Below are positions 9,239 through 17,782 of a stretch of DNA of 44,154 nucleotides, one piece after another (positions within the stretch are counted from its first letter, which is position 1; each line of letters begins with the position of its first letter). The notes beneath the pieces were generated by a model. That model worked only from the letters and a program-made list of their open reading frames with translations. It made no database searches and had not been told where the DNA came from. The stretch is from the IMG/VR virus record IMGVR_UViG_3300033513_000018, positions 1 to 44,154 of that record; one strand, written 5' to 3'. The translations under genes and the position numbers were made by a program. This stretch comes from a virus (taxonomy: Duplodnaviria; Caudoviricetes).

Positions 9239-10662
9239 TTTATAGCCTGGATGTGTATCAGCGGCCGGTGACGACGGGCGGCCACATGGGGAATTATGCG
9301 GACGTGGCGCAGCGCTGGCAGCGTACGATCGCGGCGGTGGGAGGTTATCGGGTCGGATCATTCACGCTGTCAGAGGAGGATCTGACGCTGGCAGAGTTGG
9401 ATTGGTTCTATGACGAATATCTAGGCGGGCAGGTCAAAGAGCAGGCGTACATGCAGCCGACGTGGGAAGGGCTGCTGTATGAGTTTCGCTACGTGAAGGG
9501 GGGCAGGGAATATCGGCGAACGTTGGATCCGGAATGGTGGCACAATCGGGTGAAGGTGGCGTACACGTACCCAGACACGGAAGACACAGAGCAAGGGGCG
9601 TTGACCTATAACCCGGCAGCCAATTCGTTTCAGGATGCGGGGCAAGTTTTCACAGACTGGCAGCGGCTGGCCGGGGATGCGACGTATCAGATCAGTGTGA
9701 CGAATTCGGATGGAACAAATGCGTGGGCGTTTCTGGGGGCGGCGTTCACGACGACGAATGCGAATGATTCGGTGTACGTGTGGACGGACGTGGAATGTGC
9801 GACGGCGGGATGGAATGGGGAGGTGACGGCGAAGACGCCATCCACATATGCGATCAGCGGGGTGGCGACGGCGGGGGCGCGGCAGACGACAGCGTGGAGC
9901 GGAAACACGGATTCATCGGGCGAGTATGGGGAGATGGAGTTCCTGATCACGCTGGGGGGGACGGCACCAGAACTGGCGACGGCGTTGCGGGATAAGGAGC
10001 TGGTAGAGTGCGCGTGGCCCAGGTCGCGGAAGTTGGGGGGAGGCTCAATGGGGGAAGGAAGGGTGGCGCCGGCGACGTTGGAGGTGTCGTGCGTGGGATT
10101 CTGGGCAACGCTGAATTGGCAGTACCGAGAGACGAGCCGGGTGGCGACGGCCTCGGCGCTGCTGACGACATTGATCGGGCTGACGGAGTTCGTGACGGTG
10201 GGGCGGATTGACACGAACAATATGCGGGTGAAGGTGGCGTGTGAGCCGGAGCCGATCCGGCTGGGGGATGCAATTGAGCAGATCATTTTGGCGGGGGATC
10301 TGAGCGGGAACGTGTGGCAGGGGGGAGTGTACGACGGCCGGAAATTCTTCTACGAGGCAGCGCCGACAACGGTGGAGTATTATGAGTTGGAGGATGGGAT
10401 GTTGTGCGACCTGGCGAGGGTGCCGGTGTTGCCACCGTTGATGAGGCCGGGATTTTTGCTGCGGGATCTGAGCGCACCAGGCGGGGGGGAGCCGACGGGG
10501 ACGGCTACGGCGTGGGATGATCCGGCGGTGGCGTACGTGGATGAGGTGAAGTTTATTGCGCCGAATACGTTAGAGTACCACCTCTTGGAGGAGGAGGAGA
10601 GCACAACGGCGCTGGAGCGGATGATCGAGCGGGGCGGGATTATGCCCGGGCCGCATTATTAG
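9235..10662 (+). CDS. Minor tail/baseplate hub protein
   Basis: GTGA overlap with the upstream gene; position in tail tip module. Confidence 0.55.
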   Translation: MIYSLDVYQRPVTTGGHMGNYADVAQRWQRTIAAVGGYRVGSFTLSEEDLTLAELDWFYDEYLGGQVKEQAYMQPTWEGLLYEFRYVKGGREYRRTLDPEWWHNRVKVAYTYPDTEDTEQGALTYNPAANSFQDAGQVFTDWQRLAGDATYQISVTNSDGTNAWAFLGAAFTTTNANDSVYVWTDVECATAGWNGEVTAKTPSTYAISGVATAGARQTTAWSGNTDSSGEYGEMEFLITLGGTAPELATALRDKELVECAWPRSRKLGGGSMGEGRVAPATLEVSCVGFWATLNWQYRETSRVATASALLTTLIGLTEFVTVGRIDTNNMRVKVACEPEPIRLGDAIEQIILAGDLSGNVWQGGVYDGRKFFYEAAPTTVEYYELEDGMLCDLARVPVLPPLMRPGFLLRDLSAPGGGEPTGTATAWDDPAVAYVDEVKFIAPNTLEYHLLEEEESTTALERMIERGGIMPGPHY

Positions 10663-10669
10663 GAGTGTA

Positions 10670-12259
10670 ATGCCAATACGGCAGCGATTCCTGGGACGGA
10701 AAACTCTCGAGGCGGACGTGGGGCCGATCCGCACGTGGATGGGGACGGCGGGCGGGTCGGGGCCGGCGCCGCTGGATGCACAGTACGTGGTGCTGGCGGT
10801 AGATGCGGATTTGACACAGGAGCGGGTGCTGACGGCGGGGGATGGGGTTGATCTGGCGGATACGGGCGCCGGCGGGACGGTGACGGTTTCAGTAGACGTA
10901 ACAGATATTATCGGTATTGGATTGAGTGAGGACATCAGCAACAACCTGGTGCTGGGGACACCGTCGAACTGTACGGCGACGAGCACGAACACGGTCAGCG
11001 GGACGACGCACACGCATGCGATTGATGCGACGCTGGCCAGGTCGGCGATCACGATCACGGCGGGGGCGGGGCTGACAGGCGGGGGGGATCTGACGGCGAA
11101 CCGGACGTTGACGGTGGGGGCGGGGAACGGAATCACGGTGAATGCGGACGATGTGGCACTGACGACGCCAGGGACGTGTACGGTGACGAGCACGAACACG
11201 GCAGCGGGGAATCACACGCATGAGATTACGAGTAGTCCAGCCCCGGGGGCGGCACAGTCGTTGCTGGCCACGACGGCAGCGGGACTCCTGACGTTGCAGA
11301 GTCTGATTGTGACGACGGGGGTCACGATCAATGAAAGTGGGGCAGATAGTGATACGCGGATAGAGAGCGATACGAAGGCGAATATGGTGTTCGTGGACGC
11401 GGGGGCGAACTGCGTCTACATTAACAGTAGTGCCACGGATGCCGAGGCCGTGGCGTTCGACACTGCGATTGGACTGCTGTCATTTGATAACATGGCGGTC
11501 ACGGGCCAGAGCGCAGTAACGGGAGTTACTGTTTTTCATTACTCCAATACAGCCACAGATGTGCCGGCGTTTCGTGTCCGGCGGGCACGCGGCACGCGAG
11601 CAAGTCCCACGGCACCACAGTCGGGGGATAAATTAGGCCGGTTTGGGGCCGGCACGTTCGACGGCACGGATTTTACAGCCAGCGTGGGATTCATTGACTT
11701 TTATGCCACGGAGAATCACGGCGCGGCCGCGCAGGGCACAGATGCGCGGATATTTACTACGCCAGATGGAGCTACGACACCAGTGGAGCGCTTGAGAATT
11801 GCACAGGGTGGTAACATGGGGCTAGGCGAAACAGTCCCATCGTGGGGGGTCGCATCGCCGGAGCGGGCGTTTCACGTGTCGTACAGCGGTGACGGCTATC
11901 CAGCAGTGGTGTTGGAGCGGAAAAGTGCCGTGTCCCACACGAACCAGAAGATGAGTATCTACATTGGTAGTGGGGGGGGGCTCACTATTTATGATAATAC
12001 GAATACTGCCGCCAGGTTAGTTGTACTGGCAGCGGGGAACATCGGGATAGGGAGCACTGCCCCGGACACGAAACTGGACGTGGCCGGGGCGATCACATTC
12101 CGGGAGCTGTCAGCAGATCCTGGCAACCCGGACGAAGGAGCGGCCGTGTTGTGGATGTCAGATGGAACGGGCGCGGGCGATGACGGGGATATTCTGATGA
12201 AGGTGACGGCCGGGGCAGCTACGAAGACAGTAACGCTGGTGGATTTCTCGGCGGTTTAG
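10670..12259 (+). CDS. Tail fibre / receptor-binding protein
   Basis: Thr/Gly-rich; THTHAI/NHTHEI motifs, AGAGLTGGGDLTANRTL, ERLRI..GGNMGLG and GNIGIGSTAPDTKLDVAG fibre motifs. Confidence 0.8.
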   Translation: MPIRQRFLGRKTLEADVGPIRTWMGTAGGSGPAPLDAQYVVLAVDADLTQERVLTAGDGVDLADTGAGGTVTVSVDVTDIIGIGLSEDISNNLVLGTPSNCTATSTNTVSGTTHTHAIDATLARSAITITAGAGLTGGGDLTANRTLTVGAGNGITVNADDVALTTPGTCTVTSTNTAAGNHTHEITSSPAPGAAQSLLATTAAGLLTLQSLIVTTGVTINESGADSDTRIESDTKANMVFVDAGANCVYINSSATDAEAVAFDTAIGLLSFDNMAVTGQSAVTGVTVFHYSNTATDVPAFRVRRARGTRASPTAPQSGDKLGRFGAGTFDGTDFTASVGFIDFYATENHGAAAQGTDARIFTTPDGATTPVERLRIAQGGNMGLGETVPSWGVASPERAFHVSYSGDGYPAVVLERKSAVSHTNQKMSIYIGSGGGLTIYDNTNTAARLVVLAAGNIGIGSTAPDTKLDVAGAITFRELSADPGNPDEGAAVLWMSDGTGAGDDGDILMKVTAGAATKTVTLVDFSAV

Positions 12260-12274
12260 CAAGGGAGGTGGAAC

Positions 12275-12616
12275 GTGGAAATTGAGTTGACGATTTGGCA
12301 GCGGGCGATGCTGATTCAGGTGATCAGCGGGATGCGGGGGGATGTGAAGTTGTTGCGGCAGGCGCTGCGGGCGCTCGAGGCGCTGGATTTTACGGAGGAG
12401 GAGCGGGAGGCGGGAGAAATCGTGGAGGAGGAGGGGCGGATGCTGTGGAGCACGGCGGCCTCGGAGACTGTGTACACAGTCACGCTGGAGAAGCCGGTGG
12501 TGCGGTTCGTGCGCAATGCGGCGGAGGGGTTCCAGGGATGGCCGGTGGGGCAGGCCGCGGAGGTGTTGGACTTGCTGGAGAAGTTGGGGGTGAAGGAGGA
12601 GGAGAACCTCGGATGA
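12275..12616 (+). CDS. Hypothetical protein (possible fibre chaperone)
   Basis: GGAGG RBS; follows the tail fibre gene. Confidence 0.55.
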   Translation: MEIELTIWQRAMLIQVISGMRGDVKLLRQALRALEALDFTEEEREAGEIVEEEGRMLWSTAASETVYTVTLEKPVVRFVRNAAEGFQGWPVGQAAEVLDLLEKLGVKEEENLG

Positions 12617-12660
12617 AGAAATACACGATGAACCTCGGATGAAGAAATACACGATGGGGA

Positions 12661-12688
12661 AGTTCTGAGTAGGTAAGTTATGAGTATT
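12661..12688 (+). other. dif-like site 4 (degenerate right arm): AGTTCTGAGTA ggtaag TTATGAGTATT
   Basis: Left arm and TTAT match; right arm overlaps the methyltransferase start codon. Confidence 0.5.
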
Positions 12689-13237
12689 GAATTCACGGGC
12701 GAGCGGGTGGTACCCTGGCGGATGGGGGTGGGCGCGGCGGGTCTCATGAGAGATCACGCGGCGCGTTATGCGCTTGCGCTGCCGATGGTGGCGGGGCGGA
12801 TGGTGGTGGATCTGGGGTGCGGGACGGGGTACGGGGCATTCATGCTGGCGTGGGTGGCCAGACAGGTGATCGGGATTGATCATTGCGAGGAGGCGTTGGC
12901 CTTTGGGCGGCTGCACTTCGAGGCGGGGAACCTGACGTTCCGCAACGGGAATCTCGAACGGTTGGTGGTGCTGCCGGGGGCGGAGGTATACGTAGCATTC
13001 GAGGTGCTGGAGCATCTGGATAATCCGGTGGCGCTGATCAGGCTGGTGCGCGGGGCGCTGATCTGGTCGGTGCCAGTGGACTGTGCGAGCGAGTTTCACC
13101 GGCAGGTGTACAGCCTGGAGGAGGCGTGCCGGTTGGTGCCAGGGTCGGAGATCTGGTACCAGGCGGAGGGGCAAATTGTGCGCAGGGAGCGGGCTGATTT
13201 TGCGCCAGTGTACGTGTGCGGGGTGAGGCCGGGTTAG
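12680..13237 (+). CDS. Class I SAM-dependent methyltransferase
   Basis: FTGERVVP..HAARY, VVDLGCGTGYG, VAFEVLEHL motifs. Confidence 0.85.
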   Translation: MSIEFTGERVVPWRMGVGAAGLMRDHAARYALALPMVAGRMVVDLGCGTGYGAFMLAWVARQVIGIDHCEEALAFGRLHFEAGNLTFRNGNLERLVVLPGAEVYVAFEVLEHLDNPVALIRLVRGALIWSVPVDCASEFHRQVYSLEEACRLVPGSEIWYQAEGQIVRRERADFAPVYVCGVRPG

Positions 13238-13509
13238 AGTGGGCTAGGACGGGAACGCAGATGAACGCAGACGAACGCGGATGAACGCAGATCGGAAAGA
13301 TGGGGAAGGCACAATCCGTTATGCGCGCGGGCGAGATGATCAGGCTCAGCTGAGTGGTGATCGTGTCGGTTTTGGAGCAATTTTGCCGGTTTCTTTTGCG
13401 CCGGTGTACGTGTGCGGGGTGCGGCCGGGTTAGAGTGGGTTAGGACGGGAACGCAGATGAACGCAGACGAACGCGGATGAACGCAGATCGGAAGGATGGG
13501 GAAGGCACA
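13198..13509 (+). repeat. 116-bp direct repeat (13198-13313 and 13394-13509)
   Basis: Two copies with 4 mismatches, covering the MTase 3' end and a GAACGCAGAT array. Confidence 0.85.
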
Positions 13510-13515
13510 TGCGGG

Positions 13516-14511
13516 CTAGAGGCGCCAGTTGTCCACGGGGCTGGCGCGCTGGTGAGCGTCGGCGCAGTCGGCCTGGACGATGGCCAGGTAGTGGCGGACC
13601 ATCTCCAGGTTGGAGTGGCCGAGTAGGATCTGCAGGGTGAACGGGTCGCCGCCGTTGCGCAGGTAGGTGATGGCGAAAGTGTGGCGGAAGCGGTGGGGGT
13701 GGACGCGGGGGATGCCGGCGCGGTCACCGATGCGCTTGAGAAGGCGGCGGAGGACGTTGGGAGCGAGCGGGCGGGTATCGTCGGCGGGGCCGACGGTGAA
13801 GACAGGTTGATCGGGTTTGGTGCTCTGTAGACGCGGGGTGAGGTAGCGCCAGAGGGCGCGGGCGGTGCGTTTGCCGAAGTAGACGGTTCTCTCCTTTTTC
13901 CCTCTCCCTTTTCCTTTTCCCCTTACTATCAAGGTGTTGGCGGTCAGGTTGACGTCGTCGAAGGTGAGGCCGCAGAGTTCGCTGCGGCGGATGCCGGTGT
14001 CGAGGAGGACGAGGACGATGGCGCGGTCGCGGTCGGCGGTGGCGCGTTTAGAGACGGTGTGGGGGCGGGTCTTCCAAGAGCGGCCGACGTCACAGGCATG
14101 GAGCAGGGCGGTGAGTTCGTCGTGGGTGAAGGGCTCGATGGCGCGGGATTCGTATTCGGGCGCCTCGATGGTGCGGATGAGGTTGGATTTAACATAGCCT
14201 TCATCGGTGGCCCAGGTCCAGAGGGCGGAGAGGGCGGTATGGATATTGTAGACGCTCTTGGGGGCCAGGTGGATCAGGCCGCGGGGGGCGAAGCCGTCGG
14301 GGTCGGTGACGTAGCCATCCTGGAGGTAGGCGAAGAATTCTACCAGTTGCTGGCGGGTGATGGAGGAGATGGGAGGATCGTCGGGGAAGTAGGCGGCGAG
14401 TTTTTTGTAGGCGTTCTGGTAGTCCACGATGGTGGCCGGGGCTTTGCCGGTGGCGGTTTTGTAGAGGAGGCAGCCGGCGGTGGCCTGGGAGAGTGTCAGG
14501 TTGTGGGCCAT
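13516..14511 (-). CDS. int: Tyrosine integrase
   Basis: TGIRRSE (R), GKG..KER (K), HRFRHTFA (HxxR), LGHSNLEMVRHY (H,Y); adjacent to attP. Confidence 0.9.
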   Translation of the reverse strand: MAHNLTLSQATAGCLLYKTATGKAPATIVDYQNAYKKLAAYFPDDPPISSITRQQLVEFFAYLQDGYVTDPDGFAPRGLIHLAPKSVYNIHTALSALWTWATDEGYVKSNLIRTIEAPEYESRAIEPFTHDELTALLHACDVGRSWKTRPHTVSKRATADRDRAIVLVLLDTGIRRSELCGLTFDDVNLTANTLIVRGKGKGRGKKERTVYFGKRTARALWRYLTPRLQSTKPDQPVFTVGPADDTRPLAPNVLRRLLKRIGDRAGIPRVHPHRFRHTFAITYLRNGGDPFTLQILLGHSNLEMVRHYLAIVQADCADAHQRASPVDNWRL

Positions 14512-14532
14512 AAGGTCGCTCCTGTTGGAGTC

Positions 14533-14564
14533 AGTTCCGATAATGTATGTTTCAGTTCCGATAA
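14533..14564. promoter_or_regulatory. Two tandem AGTTCCGATAA half-sites upstream of int
   Basis: 14533-14543 and 14554-14564, identical to the conserved arm of the dif-like sites. Confidence 0.55.
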
Positions 14565-14600
14565 TGGTTCGTTCACTGGGGTGAAGATGGGCGGCGGGGG

Positions 14601-14812
14601 GCCATGAGGTCGGGAGATTGGGGGGGAGGAGGGGAGTGTGGCGCTTATGGGTTGATTTTTCGGGAGGCCATGAGGGCCAAAGTACCCTCGGCAGGATTCG
14701 AACCTGCGGCCTCCTGGTCCGCAGTTAAGGGGTCTGGAGTTTGGGGTGATGACCTCATGGTGGCCGTTTTTCGGGCGCCGTGAGGTCAGTTTGTTTGTGT
14801 TCCCATGAGGGC
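14601..14812. repeat. Putative integrase arm-type/accessory binding sites CCRTGAGG(G/T)C
   Basis: Copies at 14601, 14667, 14751 (inverted), 14777 and 14802, flanking the att core. Confidence 0.65.
14682..14724 (-). other. attP core: 3' half of tRNA-Arg(GCG)
   Basis: Minus strand reads CTGCGGA CCAGG AGGCC GCAGG TTCGAAT CCTGC CGAGGGT AC, i.e. anticodon loop, T-arm and acceptor 3' strand; no 5' half. Confidence 0.85.
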
Positions 14813-14852
14813 AAAATCGGGCCTCCCCCCACCCTGCTGGGGGCGTTTTTTT

Positions 14853-14880
14853 AGTTCCGAGTATCGGTATTATCAGAAGT
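14853..14880 (+). other. dif-like site 5: AGTTCCGAGTA tcggta TTATCAGAAGT
   Basis: Consensus match, 2 bp from the lipoprotein stop. Confidence 0.75.
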
Positions 14881-14882
14881 GA

Positions 14883-15659
14883 TTATTCCAGGCTGATGGT
14901 CCAAGGGCCGATGGCCTGGATCTCTAGGCCAAAGGTGTTCTTGCCAACGAGGACGGTGCCGGTGTAGGGATCAATCTCATTGACGAGCAGGTCTGGGCCG
15001 CGCTCACTCCAGGCGAAGACGGCGAAGAAGTCGCCTACCTCGTTGCCGGTGATGGTTGCCCGTCGGGGCTCTCCATCCAGCACTAAGATGGTATCCCCGT
15101 TGCCTTCAAGCACGCCAGGCACGCTCAGATGCCAGGCGGTGTTAGCCCAGAAGCGGGCGTATGGTAGAATCTCAATGGTCCAGGGGCCAACAGCCTGTAC
15201 CTCGAACATAGCGGTACACTGGCGGTCGAGCCAATCGAGGGGGCGGTATCCATCGTAGGGATCAAGGGTATTGACGAGAAGGTCTATGCTCTCGCCGTTG
15301 GCGTCATAGTTTGTGACGGTAAAGAAATCGCTGTCGGTGTTGCCAGTGATGTGGGCGACGGCGAGGAGGCAGGGCTGGCCGAGGTCCACGACGGAATCTC
15401 CAGAGCCCGTGAGGGTCCAGGGTTCGGGTACGGGTGTGGGGATGGCCGTTGGGCGAGGGGTGTTGGTGGGCCGGGGGGTGTTGGTGGGGCGGGGGGTCGG
15501 TGTGGGGAGAGGGGTGGAGGTGGGCGGGGGCGCGGTGGGCGGGAGGCTGGTGGGGGGAGCAGAGGATGGGACGGCACCAGGTGTGGCGCCGGCGCTGCTG
15601 CAGGCACTGGCCAGGACGAGCAGGACGACAGTGGCGATCAGCAATATAATCCGCATCAT
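14883..15659 (-). CDS. Lipoprotein (possible superinfection exclusion/moron)
   Basis: Signal peptide with LASAC lipobox, PT-rich linker, two tandem similar beta domains (..LLVN..DPY.G); downstream of repressor. Confidence 0.75.
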   Translation of the reverse strand: MMRIILLIATVVLLVLASACSSAGATPGAVPSSAPPTSLPPTAPPPTSTPLPTPTPRPTNTPRPTNTPRPTAIPTPVPEPWTLTGSGDSVVDLGQPCLLAVAHITGNTDSDFFTVTNYDANGESIDLLVNTLDPYDGYRPLDWLDRQCTAMFEVQAVGPWTIEILPYARFWANTAWHLSVPGVLEGNGDTILVLDGEPRRATITGNEVGDFFAVFAWSERGPDLLVNEIDPYTGTVLVGKNTFGLEIQAIGPWTISLE

Positions 15660-16036
15660 GGTCTACCCCCCCCCCCCCCCTTTTTTTTGTCTTGTGTGTG
15701 GTATCCTGCTGAGGCCTCGCGCAGGGCGCGGGCCATGACGAGCAAGGTGTAGCGTTCCTGCCTACTGAGATAATGGAAGCTGTCGAGTAGTTCCTGTTCC
15801 ATTTGACGATCCTCTGGGACGTGCGGCAAGAGCCCAGCGAGGCGGAATATCTTTTCAGGAGGAACCCGTAATGCTGCTGCGATGGCGGAACAAAGGTCGG
15901 GTCCAGCGCCGCGTTGTTGGTTCATCACCATGGAGAGTGTTCCACCGCTGATGTTAGCCCTGCGTGCCAATTCCCCTTGCGACCATCCTCGTTCGTTTAG
16001 CTCGCGATTAAGCCACTCAGCCAGTTCTCTACTCAT
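15656..16036 (-). CDS. XRE/CI-like HTH repressor
   Basis: RGWSQGELARRANISGGTLSMVMNQQRG HTH; divergent from the early operon. Confidence 0.85.
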   Translation of the reverse strand: MSRELAEWLNRELNERGWSQGELARRANISGGTLSMVMNQQRGAGPDLCSAIAAALRVPPEKIFRLAGLLPHVPEDRQMEQELLDSFHYLSRQERYTLLVMARALREASAGYHTQDKKKGGGGGRP

Positions 16037-16100
16037 CTGTGATAACCTAGTTTACTGTAGTGAACGTTCGTTATGGTGATGGAATTGGTCAACTCGGACG

Positions 16101-16124
16101 AACACGTGACAAATGTCACGTGTT
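16101..16124. promoter_or_regulatory. Putative operator palindrome AACACGTGACA-AA-TGTCACGTGTT
   Basis: Perfect 11-bp inverted repeat in the divergent switch region; TTGACA at 16136 and TATAAT at 16166 nearby. Confidence 0.65.
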
Positions 16125-16210
16125 TTATATGACATTTGACACTATATCGGCCTTCTCAAGTGATGTATAATTTCTTCTGTGTGGTGAAAACGGTCTCAGG
16201 AGCGAAAGTG

Positions 16211-16501
16211 ATGGAATACATTCCACAGCGAATTTTCGTAAAGTTGACGGCCCCAGTGAGTCGGGCGCTGGCGGAAGCGGCGCAGCGAGAACGGCGGGAC
16301 CCTCGGGACCAGGCGGCGTTGATTCTGGCGCGGGCGCTGGAGCAGGAGCAGGTGGCCGGGGAGTTGCCGGCGCTGGAGTTTGCGACATTGGTGCAGGTCG
16401 CGAAGGATGAGGGGCTGGACACGCCAGCGGAGGCGATGGGGCTGATCATCCGGGAGTGGGTGGAGTTGAAGCGGGAGCTCTCCCTTTCCGTCGAGGAGTA
16501 G
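16211..16501 (+). CDS. Small DNA-binding protein (Cro-position, RHH-like)
   Basis: RIFVKLT..SRALAEAAQRERRDPRDQAALIL resembles ribbon-helix-helix; first early gene. Confidence 0.5.
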   Translation: MEYIPQRIFVKLTAPVSRALAEAAQRERRDPRDQAALILARALEQEQVAGELPALEFATLVQVAKDEGLDTPAEAMGLIIREWVELKRELSLSVEE

Positions 16502-16528
16502 GGGGAGTTTTTGTTTGGGAGGTGTGAG

Positions 16529-16852
16529 ATGGAGCAGACGATGCTAGTGTACGAGCGTGATCAGCGGACGCAGATGGCCATCTTGCTGACAGCATTGTTG
16601 GAGCAGCATCCAGGTGTGAAGGTCCTCTTGAAGGGGATCGTGGACTTGGCCGCTGCCCGCTGCACGATTCAGGGCTTGATCGTTGAGGATCTGTGCAGGA
16701 TGATCGAGCGATGCCAAGATGGGGAGGAGTTGCGGGATCTGTCGGTGCAGGTGCGCGATCTGATGTTCTCCTACCGGCCGGACGCTTCGCGGGTGGCGCT
16801 GACGGAGAATGAGGCGCGGGTGCTCCATCTGCTGGAGTCGGTGGGAGGATGA
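16529..16852 (+). CDS. Hypothetical protein
   Basis: GGAGG RBS; in operon. Confidence 0.55.
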   Translation: MEQTMLVYERDQRTQMAILLTALLEQHPGVKVLLKGIVDLAAARCTIQGLIVEDLCRMIERCQDGEELRDLSVQVRDLMFSYRPDASRVALTENEARVLHLLESVGG

Positions 16853-16853
16853 G

Positions 16854-17000
16854 ATGGACCTCGGGTTGGCGATTGGGTTGATCATTGCGGCGCTGTTCGT
16901 GGGCGCAATCGTGGGCGCTGGAGCGATGGCGCTATGTGCGTCAGCGAGTTGGGCAGATCGGCATCTTGAGGATGAGAGTGGAGCACCGACAATTGAATAA
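16854..17000 (+). CDS. Small membrane protein
   Basis: GGAGG RBS; single hydrophobic helix. Confidence 0.5.
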   Translation: MDLGLAIGLIIAALFVGAIVGAGAMALCASASWADRHLEDESGAPTIE

Positions 17001-17247
17001 GGGTATGTGGGGATTCACTGTAGGGGCCTCCGGTGGTGCTCTAGGAGGCCCGTCAGGATCGAGGCGGTGGCTGGAGGGGTGCCGGCCAGCGCTGAGGGGT
17101 TGGGGGTATGCTGCGAAGAGCAGCCCGAAAGCCGGCAACGAGGTGAAGGCGGGTGAGGCTGCAGCCGGTTGCTGATGGCCTCCGAAGGTGTGATTCCTTC
17201 CTCTGCCCCCAATCTATGTTAATGTTCTTTCATAAGGATACCAGATT

Positions 17248-17589
17248 ATGAATCTGCAGAGATGTTTCCCGTACATTCTGGCACTGATTTGGGGGGGGAT
17301 TTGGGCGCTGTTTCTGCAACGGAGCCAGTTGGGCCAGTTTCTGGCGCAGAAGCGGACGTGGGTCACGGTGGTCGTGGGGGTAGGCGTGGACCTCGTGCTG
17401 ATCCTAGTTGTGATTCCCCTGGATCTCTGGTTGCGGGTGTGCATGGTGGTTGTGTTGTCGTCGCTGTGTATCATTGCCAGGTCGCTGATCAACGAGTGGC
17501 GGGAATTGCGAGATTTGACGGAGGGGTTACGTGGCCACCAGGTTAGCGAACAAGACGATTTGGGCGCTGGAGGACATGATCGCGTTTAG
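17248..17589 (+). CDS. Membrane protein (3 TM)
   Basis: Hydrophobic segments; AAGGA RBS. Confidence 0.55.
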   Translation: MNLQRCFPYILALIWGGIWALFLQRSQLGQFLAQKRTWVTVVVGVGVDLVLILVVIPLDLWLRVCMVVVLSSLCIIARSLINEWRELRDLTEGLRGHQVSEQDDLGAGGHDRV

Positions 17590-17782
17590 CCGGACTGCTC
17601 GCTCAGCCTGGCAGGCGACGATGGAGCGGGCCGAGCGGCGGATGGATCCGGTAATGATGGTTTCATTGGCACGGCTGAGGGATTGTATCGCGGAGATCGA
17701 GAGGCTGGCCAGGGATGCGCGAGATGGGAGATATGAGCAACACCAGGTCGTGGGTGGACGAAAGACCGATACGAGTGATTGA
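17531..17782 (+). CDS. Hypothetical protein
   Basis: GAGGGG RBS; phage-like codon usage. Confidence 0.5.
   Translation: MATRLANKTIWALEDMIAFSRTARSAWQATMERAERRMDPVMMVSLARLRDCIAEIERLARDARDGRYEQHQVVGGRKTDTSD

Noticed and set aside
10891-10918. Extra dif-like site with TTATCGG arm in the tail fibre
   Set aside because: Left arm does not match consensus
13198-13509. Diversity-generating retroelement
   Set aside because: No reverse transcriptase in the window; the repeat spans a stop and intergenic DNA; too few mismatches
14682-14760. Complete tRNA gene
   Set aside because: No D-arm or 5' acceptor strand; only the 3' half is present, consistent with attP
16035-16062. GATAA-N6-TTAC near the repressor start as a dif-like site
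   Set aside because: Outer arms absent; more likely promoter sequence
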